A DNA stretch of 64,000 nt, from assembly GCA_903884815.1 (NCBI GenBank), contig CAISGE010000032.1, positions 69,978 through 133,977 on the forward strand. The letters run 5' to 3'. The DNA comes from Candidatus Omnitrophota bacterium (GTDB taxonomy: Bacteria > Omnitrophota > Omnitrophia > Omnitrophales > Aquincolibacteriaceae). The position numbers and the translations under genes were made by a program. Each line of letters begins with the position of its first letter. Within the stretch, counting starts at the first letter, position 1. Positions 10,929 through 21,087 of this stretch are shown here, one piece after another. The notes beneath the pieces are model-generated. The model saw nothing but the letters and a program-made list of their open reading frames with translations. It did no database searches and was not told the origin of the DNA.

Positions 10929-11126
10929 ATGACGGTTCCTCAGCAGCAATTCAAAAAGAATATTGTCAACGACGCGATCTTAAAAGAGATCGCTGACGCA
11001 ATCCACGGCTTGGCGTTTGGAACCGTGACGATCAAGATCAATCATTCCAAGATCGTGCAGCTTGAAGTCGCCGAGAACCGGCGCTTTGATGATGTGTGGT
11101 CCGTGGAAGGCGGCGGCGGTATCTGA
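10929..11126 (+). CDS. DUF2292 (YezD-like) small protein
   Basis: The 65 aa protein carries the FGTVTIKINHSKIVQLEVAENRRF core, resembling the YezD/DUF2292 proteins that accompany sulfur-assimilation operons. Confidence 0.6.
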   Translation: MTVPQQQFKKNIVNDAILKEIADAIHGLAFGTVTIKINHSKIVQLEVAENRRFDDVWSVEGGGGI

Positions 11127-11246
11127 AAATGACTTTTCAATTCAAACAAGGACCAGATAACTGGCCTCATCAAACCATAAACCATAAATCGAACGGACTG
11201 ACCGGACAACCGGGGGTTCCCATGATTCTCAAAAGGAGAAACAGTC

Positions 11247-12803
11247 ATGAGGTTCTTCAGGTTAGTTTTCGGGGTCGTTTTAGGAGTTAGTCTCGTGGTC
11301 ACACAGACGGGAAGTGCATTCGCGGATGAGGCGCAGCTTTTGGACCTCGTTAAGGGGCTTCAGAAGCAGATCGAGGCGCAGAGCCAGCGAATCCAACAGC
11401 TGGAGTCACAGGGCGCCGGAGGCGGGAGTATTTCGAATGTGCCTCTCAGCCAGCTTGAGAAAGATGTCGCGCTTCTCAAACGTCAGCAGGAAGTGAACCA
11501 GGAAGTCCAGATCAAGAACGATAAGGACTTCAATAAGAAGGTCGGGGAGTCGCTCGGTGGCGCCGACAAGTGGCTCAAGGACCTTTCCTTTTACGGGGAC
11601 TTGCGTCTCCGCTATGAAGCGATCAAATTCACCAGCGGAGCAAGAGGGGCGGACACGAATGGGAACGATCCGGACAGGAACAGGTTCCGCTTCCGCGTGC
11701 GTTACGGATTTGAAAAGAAGTTCAGCCCCGAATGGAAAGCGGGGTTTGGGCTTGCCGTCAGCGATTCGACGACCAGCAGCAACGGATTGCAAGCGGATCC
11801 TACTTCGGCGAACACGACGTTTACCAACAATTTCGATTACAAGAACATCTGGGTCGATAAAGCGTATGCGGCGTACAGTCCGGATTGGGCGAAGATCGGT
11901 CCCATTTCGAATTTTAGTATCACGGGTGGTAAGACTGACAATCCGTTTGAAAGAGGCTCCAAGCAGCTTATCTGGAAAATGGGGAATGTCAGGCCTGAAG
12001 GTCTTGCTGAAACCGCCGACTTCAATCTCTATGAAGGAGACAATGTTAACCTGAAAGCGTATGGTTTGCTGGGGCAATATGTCCTCCAGGAAAAAGGCGC
12101 CTATCCTACGTTCACCGGCAGCTCACCGACCGGGTCGCAGAGGGATGCGGAGCTTTTTGCCTATCAGGTGGGTATCAACCCTTCTTTTTCAACCGGCCTG
12201 AGCGCGGAGCCTATTGAAGAGTTGTCGACGCTGACCCTCTATAGCTATCCGGGATATGCGGGGAACAGTAACTGGAAGATCAATGGCATAACTGGGACAA
12301 GTCTTGCCAAAGGGAATCCTGTTTCCTCGGATGCCACCGGCCTGGATGCGAGCCATTTTAATGTTCTCAACACTTACCACGAATTTACGGTGAAGGCGTT
12401 TGGCACCCCTGTCACACCGTTCTTTGAATACGCGAAGAATTTAAGTGATAAGTCGACTACCTTCGGCATTCAAGATGCCAGCAACGCTTGGGCGCTTGGG
12501 ATTAATCTCGGAAAGGTCCAGAAGAAGGGGTCTTGGGAAGCCAATTATGCCTATAAAAACATCGGAGCCAACTCTATTGTCGGCGCGTTCGCTGATTCCG
12601 ATTTTGGAGACGGTCGCGGTGCTCCCGGTAATAAGGGGAGCGTCATTGGGCTGGGTTACGGGCTTACCGACTTTTTAAAGCTGAATTTTGCGGGCTATCT
12701 TACGAAGCCGCTTGATCCGGGCTTTAAGAATGGCGTTTCTGGCTCGGAGATCGCGGACAAACGGGTCGCACGCTTTCAGACCGATTTGACCTGGAAGTTC
12801 TAG
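11247..12803 (+). CDS. Outer-membrane beta-barrel porin, putative anion/sulfate-selective, with N-terminal coiled coil
   Basis: It has a signal peptide, a Q-rich coiled coil, alternating-hydrophobic beta-strand segments and a C-terminal ...LTWKF ending in aromatic Phe. It lies immediately upstream of sbp. Confidence 0.6.
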   Translation: MRFFRLVFGVVLGVSLVVTQTGSAFADEAQLLDLVKGLQKQIEAQSQRIQQLESQGAGGGSISNVPLSQLEKDVALLKRQQEVNQEVQIKNDKDFNKKVGESLGGADKWLKDLSFYGDLRLRYEAIKFTSGARGADTNGNDPDRNRFRFRVRYGFEKKFSPEWKAGFGLAVSDSTTSSNGLQADPTSANTTFTNNFDYKNIWVDKAYAAYSPDWAKIGPISNFSITGGKTDNPFERGSKQLIWKMGNVRPEGLAETADFNLYEGDNVNLKAYGLLGQYVLQEKGAYPTFTGSSPTGSQRDAELFAYQVGINPSFSTGLSAEPIEELSTLTLYSYPGYAGNSNWKINGITGTSLAKGNPVSSDATGLDASHFNVLNTYHEFTVKAFGTPVTPFFEYAKNLSDKSTTFGIQDASNAWALGINLGKVQKKGSWEANYAYKNIGANSIVGAFADSDFGDGRGAPGNKGSVIGLGYGLTDFLKLNFAGYLTKPLDPGFKNGVSGSEIADKRVARFQTDLTWKF

Positions 12804-12814
12804 ACTGTGTATCA

Positions 12815-12842
12815 CGAAGGTCACATTTAATTGTGACCTTCG
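12815..12842 (+). terminator. Stem-loop (11-bp perfect stem) after the porin gene; partial terminator or attenuator
   Basis: The stem is cgaaggtcaca - tttaat - tgtgaccttcg. No T-run follows it. Confidence 0.4.
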
Positions 12843-12890
12843 GGGTAAATGGAAAAAATATAACAAACGAATCTTAAAAGGAGAATGGTT

Positions 12891-13904
12891 ATGTTGAAAA
12901 AATTGTTCGTAGGGTTATTAATCCTAAGTCTTGTCCCGTTGGCCGGTCTTCCGGCTTTCGCGGCGGAGGGCAAGAAAGTGACACTGCTCAATGTGTCGTA
13001 TGACCCGACGCGTGAGCTTTATGTGAAGATCAACGATGCGTTCGTCAAGAAGTGGAAGGCAGAAAGCGGAGAAGATCTCACGATCCAGCAGTCTCACGGC
13101 GGGTCCGGCAAACAGGCGCGGGCGATCATTGACGGCCTGGAAGCGGACGTTGCGACTCTGGCGCTTGCGTATGATGTGGACCAGCTTTATCAGAAAAAGG
13201 AGCTGATCGGCAAGCATTGGCAGGAGAAATTGCCGGACAATAGCTCGCCTTACACTTCCACAATCGTGTTCCTCGTGAAGAAGGGTAATCCCAAAGGCAT
13301 CAAGGATTGGGATGATATCGTGAAGCCGGGCGTGGAAGTCATCACACCGAATCCAAAAACTTCGGGCGGCGCGCGGTGGAACTATCTCGCGGCGTGGGCG
13401 TATGCGCTGAAGCATAATGGGAATGACGAGGAAAAGGCGAAAGATTTTATCAAGCAGCTCTACAAGAACGTTTCGGTGCTGGATACCGGGGCGCGTGGCT
13501 CGACGACCACTTTCGTCGAGCGCGGGATCGGCGATGTGCTGCTTGCCTGGGAAAATGAGGCTTTCCTGGCCGTCAATGAGCTCGGAAAAGACCGCTTTGA
13601 AATCGTGGTGCCCTCGCTTAGTATTCTAGCGGAGCCGCCGGTGACTGTGGTGGATAAATTCGCGATCAAGCACGGGACCGTCAAGGTCGCGAAGGCCTAT
13701 CTGAATTTCCTCTACTCGCCGGAAGCTCAGGAGATCATCGCCCAGAATTATTACCGGCCGCGGCTCGAAGCTGTCGCGCAGAAATACGCGGCCCAATTCC
13801 CGAAAGTCGAGCTGGTTACGATCAATGATTTCGGCGGATGGGCGGCGGCGCAGAAGAAGCATTTCGCCGACAGAGGGATCTTTGACGAGATCTACGGGGC
13901 GTAG
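12891..13904 (+). CDS. sbp: Sulfate/thiosulfate ABC transporter periplasmic binding protein
   Basis: It has a signal peptide and the family signature [11 protein letters not shown]...[21 protein letters not shown]...[14 protein letters not shown]. The start was chosen at the second ATG, which has correct SD spacing. Confidence 0.9.
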   Translation: MLKKLFVGLLILSLVPLAGLPAFAAEGKKVTLLNVSYDPTRELYVKINDAFVKKWKAESGEDLTIQQSHGGSGKQARAIIDGLEADVATLALAYDVDQLYQKKELIGKHWQEKLPDNSSPYTSTIVFLVKKGNPKGIKDWDDIVKPGVEVITPNPKTSGGARWNYLAAWAYALKHNGNDEEKAKDFIKQLYKNVSVLDTGARGSTTTFVERGIGDVLLAWENEAFLAVNELGKDRFEIVVPSLSILAEPPVTVVDKFAIKHGTVKVAKAYLNFLYSPEAQEIIAQNYYRPRLEAVAQKYAAQFPKVELVTINDFGGWAAAQKKHFADRGIFDEIYGA

Positions 13905-13938
13905 CACCTGTAAAAAAATAAGGATCCGGATGTTCGTC

Positions 13939-13970
13939 AGGGACGGTTCTCTTTCGGGAGAACCGTCCCT
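13939..13970 (+). promoter_or_regulatory. Intercistronic hairpin (13-bp perfect GC-rich stem) between sbp and cysT
   Basis: The stem is agggacggttctc - tttcgg - gagaaccgtccct. No U-run follows it. Confidence 0.5.
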
Positions 13971-13992
13971 TCCACATCTCCATGAGGAAAAT

Positions 13993-14826
13993 TTGAAATT
14001 TACACTGAAACGATATAGTGCGTTGCCGGGATTCGGGATTACGATGGGCTTTACGCTTTTTTATCTGAGCCTGATCGTGCTCATTCCGCTCTCGACTATT
14101 TTCTTTAGCGCGTTCAGCCTTGGTTGGGGGCATTTCTGGGAGGTTGTGATTTCACCCAGGACACTTGCGGCCTTGCGCCTGAGTTTCGGGACTTCTCTCG
14201 TGAGTGCTTTGATCAACGCTTTCTTCGGCCTGATCGTGGCCTGGGTTCTGGTGCGCTACGAATTTCCTGGAAAGAAGTTTGTTGACGCGTTCGTGGATTT
14301 TCCATTCGCGCTTCCGACCGCGGTGGCGGGGATCGCGCTGACTGCTCTCTATTCCCAGCACGGGTGGGTGGGGAAATATCTTTACGCGCTGGGTATCAAA
14401 AGCGCCTATTCGCCGTTGGGGATCACCATAGCGCTGATCTTTATCGGCCTCCCGTTCGTTGTGCGGACCGTGGAGCCGGTGCTCCAGAATCTGGAGAGTG
14501 AAGTGGAGGAAGCTGCGGCGAGCCTTGGTGCGAATCGCTGGCAGATCTTTTCAAAGGTGATATTGCCGACGATCACTCCGGCGCTTTTGACCGGAACCGC
14601 GATGGCGTTTTCGCGAGCCCTTGGGGAGTACGGGTCGGTGGTTTTTATCGCGGGCAACACACCGATGAAAACGGAGATCGCGCCGCTCCTGATTATGGTG
14701 CAGCTGGAGCAATATGAATATGCCAGCGCGACCGCGATCGCGGGCATCATGCTTGTCGTCTCTTTTATCATGCTTTTATTTTTGAACATCCTGCAGGCTT
14801 GGGGCCGGCAGAACGAGAGCCTTTAA
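13993..14826 (+). CDS. cysT: Sulfate ABC transporter permease CysT
   Basis: The sequence ...[26 protein letters not shown]... matches CysT. The start was assigned to the TTG at 13993 after GAGGA, which gives an E. coli-like N-terminal length. An alternative ATG at 13930 would place the hairpin inside the coding sequence. Confidence 0.8.
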   Translation: MKFTLKRYSALPGFGITMGFTLFYLSLIVLIPLSTIFFSAFSLGWGHFWEVVISPRTLAALRLSFGTSLVSALINAFFGLIVAWVLVRYEFPGKKFVDAFVDFPFALPTAVAGIALTALYSQHGWVGKYLYALGIKSAYSPLGITIALIFIGLPFVVRTVEPVLQNLESEVEEAAASLGANRWQIFSKVILPTITPALLTGTAMAFSRALGEYGSVVFIAGNTPMKTEIAPLLIMVQLEQYEYASATAIAGIMLVVSFIMLLFLNILQAWGRQNESL

Positions 14827-14839
14827 ACGGAAGGTCACT

Positions 14840-15739
14840 ATGTCAGGCATTGTCGGAGGAAAATTAGGAGTGGTAGGCAGAGAGGTGCGCCGGCCTTTCC
14901 TTTCGGAACCGCGATGGGTCCGCATGCTGCTGACCACGGTCGCGCTTGTTTTCTTGGCGTCTTTTCTGGCTCTCCCGATCGCCATGGTGCTGGCGCAAGC
15001 CTTGAAAAAAGGCTTTGCGTTCTATCTTCACGCTCTCTCGGAACCGGACGCCCTGTCGGCGATCCGCCTGACGCTGATCGTGGCGGGCGTGACCGTCCCT
15101 CTGAACCTGCTTTTTGGCGTCGCGGCATCCTGGGCTATCACCAAGTTTGATTTTACGGGAAAGAAATTCCTGATCACACTGATCGATCTTCCGTTCTCTG
15201 TGTCGCCGGTCATCTCGGGCCTCATCTTCGTGCTGCTTTTCGGAGCGCAGGGACGTCTGGGAGAGTGGCTCGGAGACCATAACATCAGGATCATTTTTTC
15301 GGTGCCGGGCATCATCCTCGCGACGGTCTTCGTGACTTTCCCGTTTATCGCCCGCGAACTGATCCCGCTTATGCAGGCGCAGGGGAACGAGGAGGAATAT
15401 GCCGCGGTTACGCTTGGCGCGAATGGGTGGCAGACTTTCTGGAAAGTGACGCTTCCCAATATCAAGTGGGGACTTCTCTACGGCGTGATCCTTTGTAACG
15501 CGCGCGCGATGGGGGAGTTCGGGGCCGTGTCGGTCGTGTCGGGACATATCCGGGGGCTTACGAATACGATTCCGCTTCATGTCGAGATTCTTTACAATGA
15601 GTACAATTTTACCGCGGCTTTCGCGGTGGCATCGATCCTGATGCTTCTCGCGTTCGTGACACTGGCTCTCAAACACTGGGTCGAGTGGCGCGCTGCCAAG
15701 GATGCTGCCTCATCTGAACCGGGAGCTGAAACACCATGA
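14840..15739 (+). CDS. cysW: Sulfate ABC transporter permease CysW
   Basis: It is a CysW-like permease with an EAA-loop region. Confidence 0.9.
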   Translation: MSGIVGGKLGVVGREVRRPFLSEPRWVRMLLTTVALVFLASFLALPIAMVLAQALKKGFAFYLHALSEPDALSAIRLTLIVAGVTVPLNLLFGVAASWAITKFDFTGKKFLITLIDLPFSVSPVISGLIFVLLFGAQGRLGEWLGDHNIRIIFSVPGIILATVFVTFPFIARELIPLMQAQGNEEEYAAVTLGANGWQTFWKVTLPNIKWGLLYGVILCNARAMGEFGAVSVVSGHIRGLTNTIPLHVEILYNEYNFTAAFAVASILMLLAFVTLALKHWVEWRAAKDAASSEPGAETP

Positions 15740-16800
15740 GCATCGGGATCCACCAAATCGTAAAAAAATTCGGGAATTTTTCAGCACTTAAAGGGATCGA
15801 TCTTAACATCGAAACCGGGGAGCTTTTGGCCTTGCTTGGGCCCTCAGGGTCCGGAAAAACGACGCTGCTCCGGGTTATCGCAGGCCTAGAGGAGGCCACC
15901 AGTGGGCAGGTGTTTTTTCTCGGCGATGACGTGTCGCGCCAGAAGGTGAGCGATCGCGGCGTCGGGTTCGTTTTCCAGCATTTCGCACTTTTCCGGCATA
16001 TGAACGTGCTGGATAACATCGCGTTTGGCCTGCGTGTGCGGCCGCGCGAGCAGAGACCTTCGGAGGAAAAGATCAAGGAGAAGGTCCATGAACTCCTCAA
16101 GTTGGTGCGCCTGGATGGTCTGGCTCCCCGTTTTCCGTCACAGCTTTCTGGAGGACAGCGTCAGCGTGTAGCTCTCGCCCGGGCACTCGCCATCGAACCC
16201 AAAGTTCTTCTGCTGGATGAACCTTTCGGATCGCTCGATTCCAAAGTCCGGAAGGAGCTTCGCCAGTGGCTCCGCCGTCTTCACGATCGGCTCCATATGA
16301 CCACCATCTTTGTGACACATGATCAGGAAGAAGCGCTGGAAGTGGCGGACCGTGTTGTGGTGATGAACGAAGGACGTATTGAACAGGCCGGAACCCCTGA
16401 TGAGGTCTATCACAAGCCGGCGAACGCCTTTGTTTACAATTTCCTGGGGAATGTGAACCTCTTTCATTGCCGGCTTGAGGGCGGCAAGGCCTACATCGCA
16501 AACACTCCCGTCAGTATTAAGGTGGGTGTCAGCCCGGAAGCGCAGAAGGCGAAGATCTATATCCGTCCTCATCTGCTTGAGATCTCGCGGTTCTCCCAGC
16601 CTGATAGCTTTAAAGGAGTTATTCATTTTCTGAATTCGGCGGGTTCGGTGGCGAAAGTCGAGGTTCTAAGCGAATGGGGTGAGATCGTGCAGGTGGAGGT
16701 GCCTCAAGAGCAATTCCGGTCTCTCGGGCTTAAAAAAGGAGAGACGGTTTTTGTGACTTTAAAAGATGCCAAACTATTCCATGAGGACTACGCGATCTGA
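15736..16800 (+). CDS. cysA: Sulfate ABC transporter ATP-binding protein CysA
   Basis: Walker A (GPSGSGKTT), the signature LSGGQRQR and a C-terminal TOBE-like domain are present. The ATG overlaps the cysW stop. Confidence 0.9.
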   Translation: MSIGIHQIVKKFGNFSALKGIDLNIETGELLALLGPSGSGKTTLLRVIAGLEEATSGQVFFLGDDVSRQKVSDRGVGFVFQHFALFRHMNVLDNIAFGLRVRPREQRPSEEKIKEKVHELLKLVRLDGLAPRFPSQLSGGQRQRVALARALAIEPKVLLLDEPFGSLDSKVRKELRQWLRRLHDRLHMTTIFVTHDQEEALEVADRVVVMNEGRIEQAGTPDEVYHKPANAFVYNFLGNVNLFHCRLEGGKAYIANTPVSIKVGVSPEAQKAKIYIRPHLLEISRFSQPDSFKGVIHFLNSAGSVAKVEVLSEWGEIVQVEVPQEQFRSLGLKKGETVFVTLKDAKLFHEDYAI

Positions 16801-17528
16801 TGAAAGACGTTCCAGAAATCAATCAGAGTTTGGGCGGTAAAAGTCCCCAGGAGATCCTTGCGTGGACGCTTGGGCATTTTGGCGCGGAAAAGGTCGCGCT
16901 GGCCTCAAGCCTTGGCGCGGAGGATCAGGTGTTGACGGAGATGCTGCTTGAGATCGAGCCGAAGGCCGTAATCTTCACGCTCGACACCGGCCGTTTGCCT
17001 CAGGAAACGCTCGAATGTCTCAAGAAGACAGAAGAAAAATACGGTTTCAAGTACCGGGTCTATCATCCGGACCCCGCAGCAGTCGCGAAAATGGTGCTGG
17101 AAAAGGGAATCGATCTTTTCTATGAGAGCGTGGAAAATCGAAAGCTTTGCTGCCATGTTCGCAAGGTTGAGCCTCTCCAGCGCGCGCTGAAAGGTTTCAG
17201 CGCCTGGGTCTGCGGACTCCGGCGCGAGCAGTCCGTGACGCGTGAGGGCCTGAACGTCGTTGAATGGGACGCGGCGAACGGTCTTTATAAGATCAATCCG
17301 CTGATCGATTGGACGGAAAAACAGGTTTGGGAAACTATTCGCGCGAAGGGCATCCCTTATAATAGACTGCATGACCAGGGCTACCCGAGCATCGGCTGCG
17401 CCCCTTGTACCCGTGCCGTCAAACCGGGGGAAGACGTTCGTGCCGGCCGCTGGTGGTGGGAAAGTCCGGACAAGAAAGAGTGCGGGTTGCATTTCAAGGA
17501 CGGGAAGACCGTCAGAAAAGAAAAGTGA
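16800..17528 (+). CDS. cysH: Adenylylsulfate (APS) reductase, thioredoxin-dependent, Fe-S type
   Basis: It has a PAPS-reductase fold with the CC...CxxC motifs (KLCCHV ... GCAPCT) characteristic of APS-specific CysH. TGATG overlaps link it to cysA and cysD. Confidence 0.85.
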   Translation: MKDVPEINQSLGGKSPQEILAWTLGHFGAEKVALASSLGAEDQVLTEMLLEIEPKAVIFTLDTGRLPQETLECLKKTEEKYGFKYRVYHPDPAAVAKMVLEKGIDLFYESVENRKLCCHVRKVEPLQRALKGFSAWVCGLRREQSVTREGLNVVEWDAANGLYKINPLIDWTEKQVWETIRAKGIPYNRLHDQGYPSIGCAPCTRAVKPGEDVRAGRWWWESPDKKECGLHFKDGKTVRKEK

Positions 17529-18409
17529 TGGACACACTTAAAAAACTCGAGGCTCAGAGCATTCACATCCTGCGCGAATCTTACAAGGAATTCAAAAGCC
17601 TTGTGATGCTCTGGTCAATCGGCAAGGACAGCACCGTCCTGCTCTGGCTCGCGCGAAAGGCCTTCTTCGGCCATGTGCCGCTTCCGCTTCTTCACATTGA
17701 TACGCACTTCAAGATCCCGGAGATGATCGCCTATCGCGACAAGCTTGCCGCGGATTGGCATCTCAATCTCGTTTACGGGGAGAATGCGGCGGCGCTCGCG
17801 GCGAAGCAGACCTTTCCGGATGGGAAGGTGGATCGACTGACCTGCTGCAAATCGCTCAAGAGCGAAGCGCTCAAACATACGCTTTCCGGGGAATGGCCGC
17901 GCTACGCGTTCGATCACAAACTCGGGTCTTATGTTCAGGAAAAGAATCCGCAGCCCTATACCGGCGTGATCGTCGGCGTGCGCGCGGACGAGGAAGGGAG
18001 CCGCTCCAAGGAACGCTACTTTTCGCCGAGGGACAAACAAAATGACTGGAATATCGGCGATCAACCGCCCGAACTCTGGCATCAGTATAAAACCGATTTC
18101 GCGCCCGGGACCCATGTGCGTGTCCATCCGCTTCTGGATTGGACGGAACTGAATATCTGGGAATATATTGACCGGGAGCAGATCCCGATCCTCCCGCTTT
18201 ATTTCAACAATGGGAAGGGGCTGCGCTACCGGTCGCTCGGCTGCTATCCCTGCACCGGTGCCGTGAAATCGGAGGCGCGGAACGTGAAAGAAATTATTGA
18301 GGAGCTTCGGACCGGAAAGTTCTCGAATATCGCGGAGCGCTCCGGCCGGGCGCAGGACAAAGAAGACGGTGGCGGGCTTGAGACTTTAAGACGCGAAGGG
18401 TATATGTAA
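17528..18409 (+). CDS. cysD: Sulfate adenylyltransferase subunit 2
   Basis: An [21 protein letters not shown]-loop is present, giving the CysD pattern. Confidence 0.9.
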   Translation: MDTLKKLEAQSIHILRESYKEFKSLVMLWSIGKDSTVLLWLARKAFFGHVPLPLLHIDTHFKIPEMIAYRDKLAADWHLNLVYGENAAALAAKQTFPDGKVDRLTCCKSLKSEALKHTLSGEWPRYAFDHKLGSYVQEKNPQPYTGVIVGVRADEEGSRSKERYFSPRDKQNDWNIGDQPPELWHQYKTDFAPGTHVRVHPLLDWTELNIWEYIDREQIPILPLYFNNGKGLRYRSLGCYPCTGAVKSEARNVKEIIEELRTGKFSNIAERSGRAQDKEDGGGLETLRREGYM

Positions 18410-18464
18410 CCATTTTTAACCGCGTAGGTTGAAAGGGTTATGTTGCATTCCAGGACACACTAAG

Positions 18465-18490
18465 GTAGGTCATGTTAAAACGTGACCTAC
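18465..18490 (+). promoter_or_regulatory. 10-bp hairpin in the cysD-cysN spacer
   Basis: The stem is gtaggtcatg - ttaaaa - cgtgacctac with one G-U pair. It lies about 22 nt upstream of the cysN ATG. Confidence 0.35.
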
Positions 18491-18512
18491 AGCTTATGAT
18501 CGGAGCAAGGTA

Positions 18513-20294
18513 ATGGACCGAATGAACATTGTGATCGTCGGGCACGTGGACCACGGGAAAAGCACGGTCATCGGCCGACTTTTGGCGGACACGGGATCTC
18601 TGCCGGACGGAAAACTCGAACAAGTGAAGGCGACTTGCGCGAAAAACGCCAAGCCCTTCGAATACGCGTTCCTGCTGGACGCCCTCAAAGACGAACAGTC
18701 GCAGGGGATCACGATCGACGCCGCGCGCTGCTTCTTTCACACGAAAAAGCGTGAATATATTGTGATCGACGCGCCGGGCCATATCGAATTCTTGAAGAAC
18801 ATGATCACCGGCGCGGCCCGGGCCGAAGCGGCGCTCCTCGTGATCGACGCGAAGGAAGGCATTCTCGAAAATTCCAAGCGGCACGGCTATCTTCTCTCCA
18901 TGCTCGGGATCCGGCAGGTGGCGGTGCTCGTCAATAAAATGGATCTGGTCGGTTACAGCGAAGAGACTTTCCGCGCGATCGAGAAGGAGTACGGGGATTT
19001 TCTGAAAGGTTTTAATGTCAAACCGGATGCCTTTATCCCGATGAGCGCCATGAACGGCGTCAACATGATCGCGCGCTCTTCCGAGATGCCGTGGTACAGG
19101 GGTCTGACCGTGCTCGAACAGCTCGATACCTTCCAACATGAAAGCTCGAGTGAAGCCTATCCCTTCCGTTTTCCGGTCCAGGATATCTACAAATTCACGG
19201 AGCAGGACGATGACCGACGCATTTTGGCCGGGACGGTGTACACGGGGAAGATCAAAGCCGGCGAGGAAGTGATTTTCCTTCCTTCGAAGAAGCGGACGCG
19301 TATCAAGGCGATCGAAGAATTCAACACGCCGCCGAAACAAGAGGCCGCGGCCGGCGAAGCGATCGGTTTTACGACCGAGACCCAACTTTATATCAAGCCG
19401 GGGGAGCTCATGGTCAAGGCCGGAGATCCCTTGCCGGCGGTGAGCACGCGCTTTAAGGCCACGCTTTTCTGGATGGGACATGATCCGCTCGTCAAAGGGA
19501 AAAAATACAAATTGAAGCTCGGCGCGGCGCGTGTGAGCCTGCGCCTCGTGGAAGTCTTGAGCGTTCTGGATACCTCGGAACAGACCCTGAGCTCCCGCAA
19601 GGAGCAGGTGGATCGGCATGATGTTGCCGAGTGCGTTTTTGAAACTTCGAAGCCGGTGGCGTTCGACAAGGCCGCGGATCTTCCTGAGACCGGCCGCTTT
19701 GTGATCGTGGACCATTATGAGATCGCGGGGGCGGGGATCATTCTCGAGGCGTTCGCCGAGGACCGGTCGATTTTGCGGGAGCATGTCGCGAGGCGGGAAC
19801 AAATTTGGGAACGGAGCGCGATCGACGCGGGGAAACGGGCCGCCACTTACGGGCACCGTCCGGGATTTATCCTGATCGTCGGCAAAGTTCATACCGGCAA
19901 GCAAATGATCGCGAAGACCCTCGAAGAGCGGCTGGTCCAGAAAGGCCTTAAGGCTTTCTATCTCGGCATTTCGAATCTGATCTCGGGGATCGGTTCCGAG
20001 CTTCCGACCGGAGGGGAGTCGCAGGAAGAAGTGGTGCGGCAGCTTGGCGAACTCGGGCGCATCATCACGGAATCCGGCCAGATTTTCATCACCACGGCCT
20101 CGGATCTGGATGATGCCGATATTGAGACCCTGCGTATTCTGAATACTCCCAACGAGATCCTGGTGCTGAATGTCGGTGAAAGCCAGCTGGACCGCGTGAA
20201 GCCGGACCTGCGGTTTGAGCCATGGTCCGAGGTGGAGGAGGCCATCGGGCGGATCTTTTCTTGGCTCAAGCAAAAACGGATCATTCCGTCTTGA
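18513..20294 (+). CDS. cysN: Sulfate adenylyltransferase subunit 1 (GTPase) with C-terminal degenerate APS-kinase-like domain
   Basis: The N-terminal translational-GTPase motifs GHVDHGKST and DAPGH are present. A C-terminal ~160 aa shows APS-kinase architecture, but the P-loop is GKVHTGKQ and the DGDN motif is replaced by GISN. Confidence 0.85.
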   Translation: MDRMNIVIVGHVDHGKSTVIGRLLADTGSLPDGKLEQVKATCAKNAKPFEYAFLLDALKDEQSQGITIDAARCFFHTKKREYIVIDAPGHIEFLKNMITGAARAEAALLVIDAKEGILENSKRHGYLLSMLGIRQVAVLVNKMDLVGYSEETFRAIEKEYGDFLKGFNVKPDAFIPMSAMNGVNMIARSSEMPWYRGLTVLEQLDTFQHESSSEAYPFRFPVQDIYKFTEQDDDRRILAGTVYTGKIKAGEEVIFLPSKKRTRIKAIEEFNTPPKQEAAAGEAIGFTTETQLYIKPGELMVKAGDPLPAVSTRFKATLFWMGHDPLVKGKKYKLKLGAARVSLRLVEVLSVLDTSEQTLSSRKEQVDRHDVAECVFETSKPVAFDKAADLPETGRFVIVDHYEIAGAGIILEAFAEDRSILREHVARREQIWERSAIDAGKRAATYGHRPGFILIVGKVHTGKQMIAKTLEERLVQKGLKAFYLGISNLISGIGSELPTGGESQEEVVRQLGELGRIITESGQIFITTASDLDDADIETLRILNTPNEILVLNVGESQLDRVKPDLRFEPWSEVEEAIGRIFSWLKQKRIIPS

Positions 20295-21037
20295 GTTCCG
20301 GAAAAAAAACGGGGAAGGTTTCTCTGGTCGGTGCGGGGCCGGGCGATCCGGGACTTATCACGGTGAAGGGACTCGATCGTCTCCGGAAAGCGGACGTGAT
20401 CCTCTACGATCATCTGATCCCCAAAGTCCTTCTTGAAGAGGCGCCTCCAGCCGCGGAGAGCATCTCGGTCGGGAAGAAACACGGGAACCATTCTCTTTCC
20501 CAGGAAAAGATCCAGGAACTTATGCTGGAGAAAGCGCGCAAAGGAAAATGCGTGGTCCGGCTGAAGGGCGGGGATCCGTACATTTTTGGGCGCGGCGGGG
20601 AAGAGATCCTTTTTCTCAAAAGTCACGGGATCGAGACCGAAGTGGTGCCGGGGGTGAGTTCGGCGGTCGCGGTGCCGGCGATGGCGGGGATCCCGCTCAC
20701 GCAGCGGCATCTCGCGATGACCGTTGCGATCGCCTCGGGCCACGTGACGAATGACAATGATCCTATCCCGGTGCCGGACGCGGAGACGCTGGTCTATGTG
20801 ATGTGCGTCTCGGATCTCGGGAAAACCGTGGCGCGGCTTCTGGAAAAACGAAAACGAGGGACGCCGTGCGCTGTTATTGAGAACGGGACCACGCCGCAGG
20901 AGCGGGTGATCACGGGAACGCTTGAGACGATACTCGCGAAGGCGCGCACGGAGAAGGTTCGTCCGCCGGCGATTTTTGTGGTGGGCCCCACCGTCGCGCT
21001 TCGGGAGAAGATCCTCGGGATCGCGGACTTAAAGTAG
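20291..21037 (+). CDS. cobA: Uroporphyrinogen-III C-methyltransferase (siroheme branch)
   Basis: The sequence [18 protein letters not shown]...[13 protein letters not shown]...VPGVSSA matches CobA. The start is inferred as TTG overlapping the cysN stop. No ATG is available. Confidence 0.8.
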   Translation: MSSGKKTGKVSLVGAGPGDPGLITVKGLDRLRKADVILYDHLIPKVLLEEAPPAAESISVGKKHGNHSLSQEKIQELMLEKARKGKCVVRLKGGDPYIFGRGGEEILFLKSHGIETEVVPGVSSAVAVPAMAGIPLTQRHLAMTVAIASGHVTNDNDPIPVPDAETLVYVMCVSDLGKTVARLLEKRKRGTPCAVIENGTTPQERVITGTLETILAKARTEKVRPPAIFVVGPTVALREKILGIADLK

Positions 21038-21087
21038 AGCCATTTCAAAACGGATGTTATAATTCCGTCCCCTTAAAGAAAGGTTTT

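Noticed and set aside
14864-15676. A 270-aa minus-strand ORF extremely rich in Arg, His and Asp, opposite cysW.
   Set aside because: It is low-complexity antisense translation of a membrane permease gene. The + strand CysW is unambiguous.
18438-20273. A 611-aa minus-strand ORF fully overlapping cysN.
   Set aside because: It is antisense to a translational-GTPase gene. Its His/Arg/Leu-rich low-complexity composition matches the well-known spurious NAD-specific glutamate dehydrogenase-like ORFs found opposite EF-Tu/CysN-type genes in GC-rich DNA. The + strand cysN has clear motifs and operon context.
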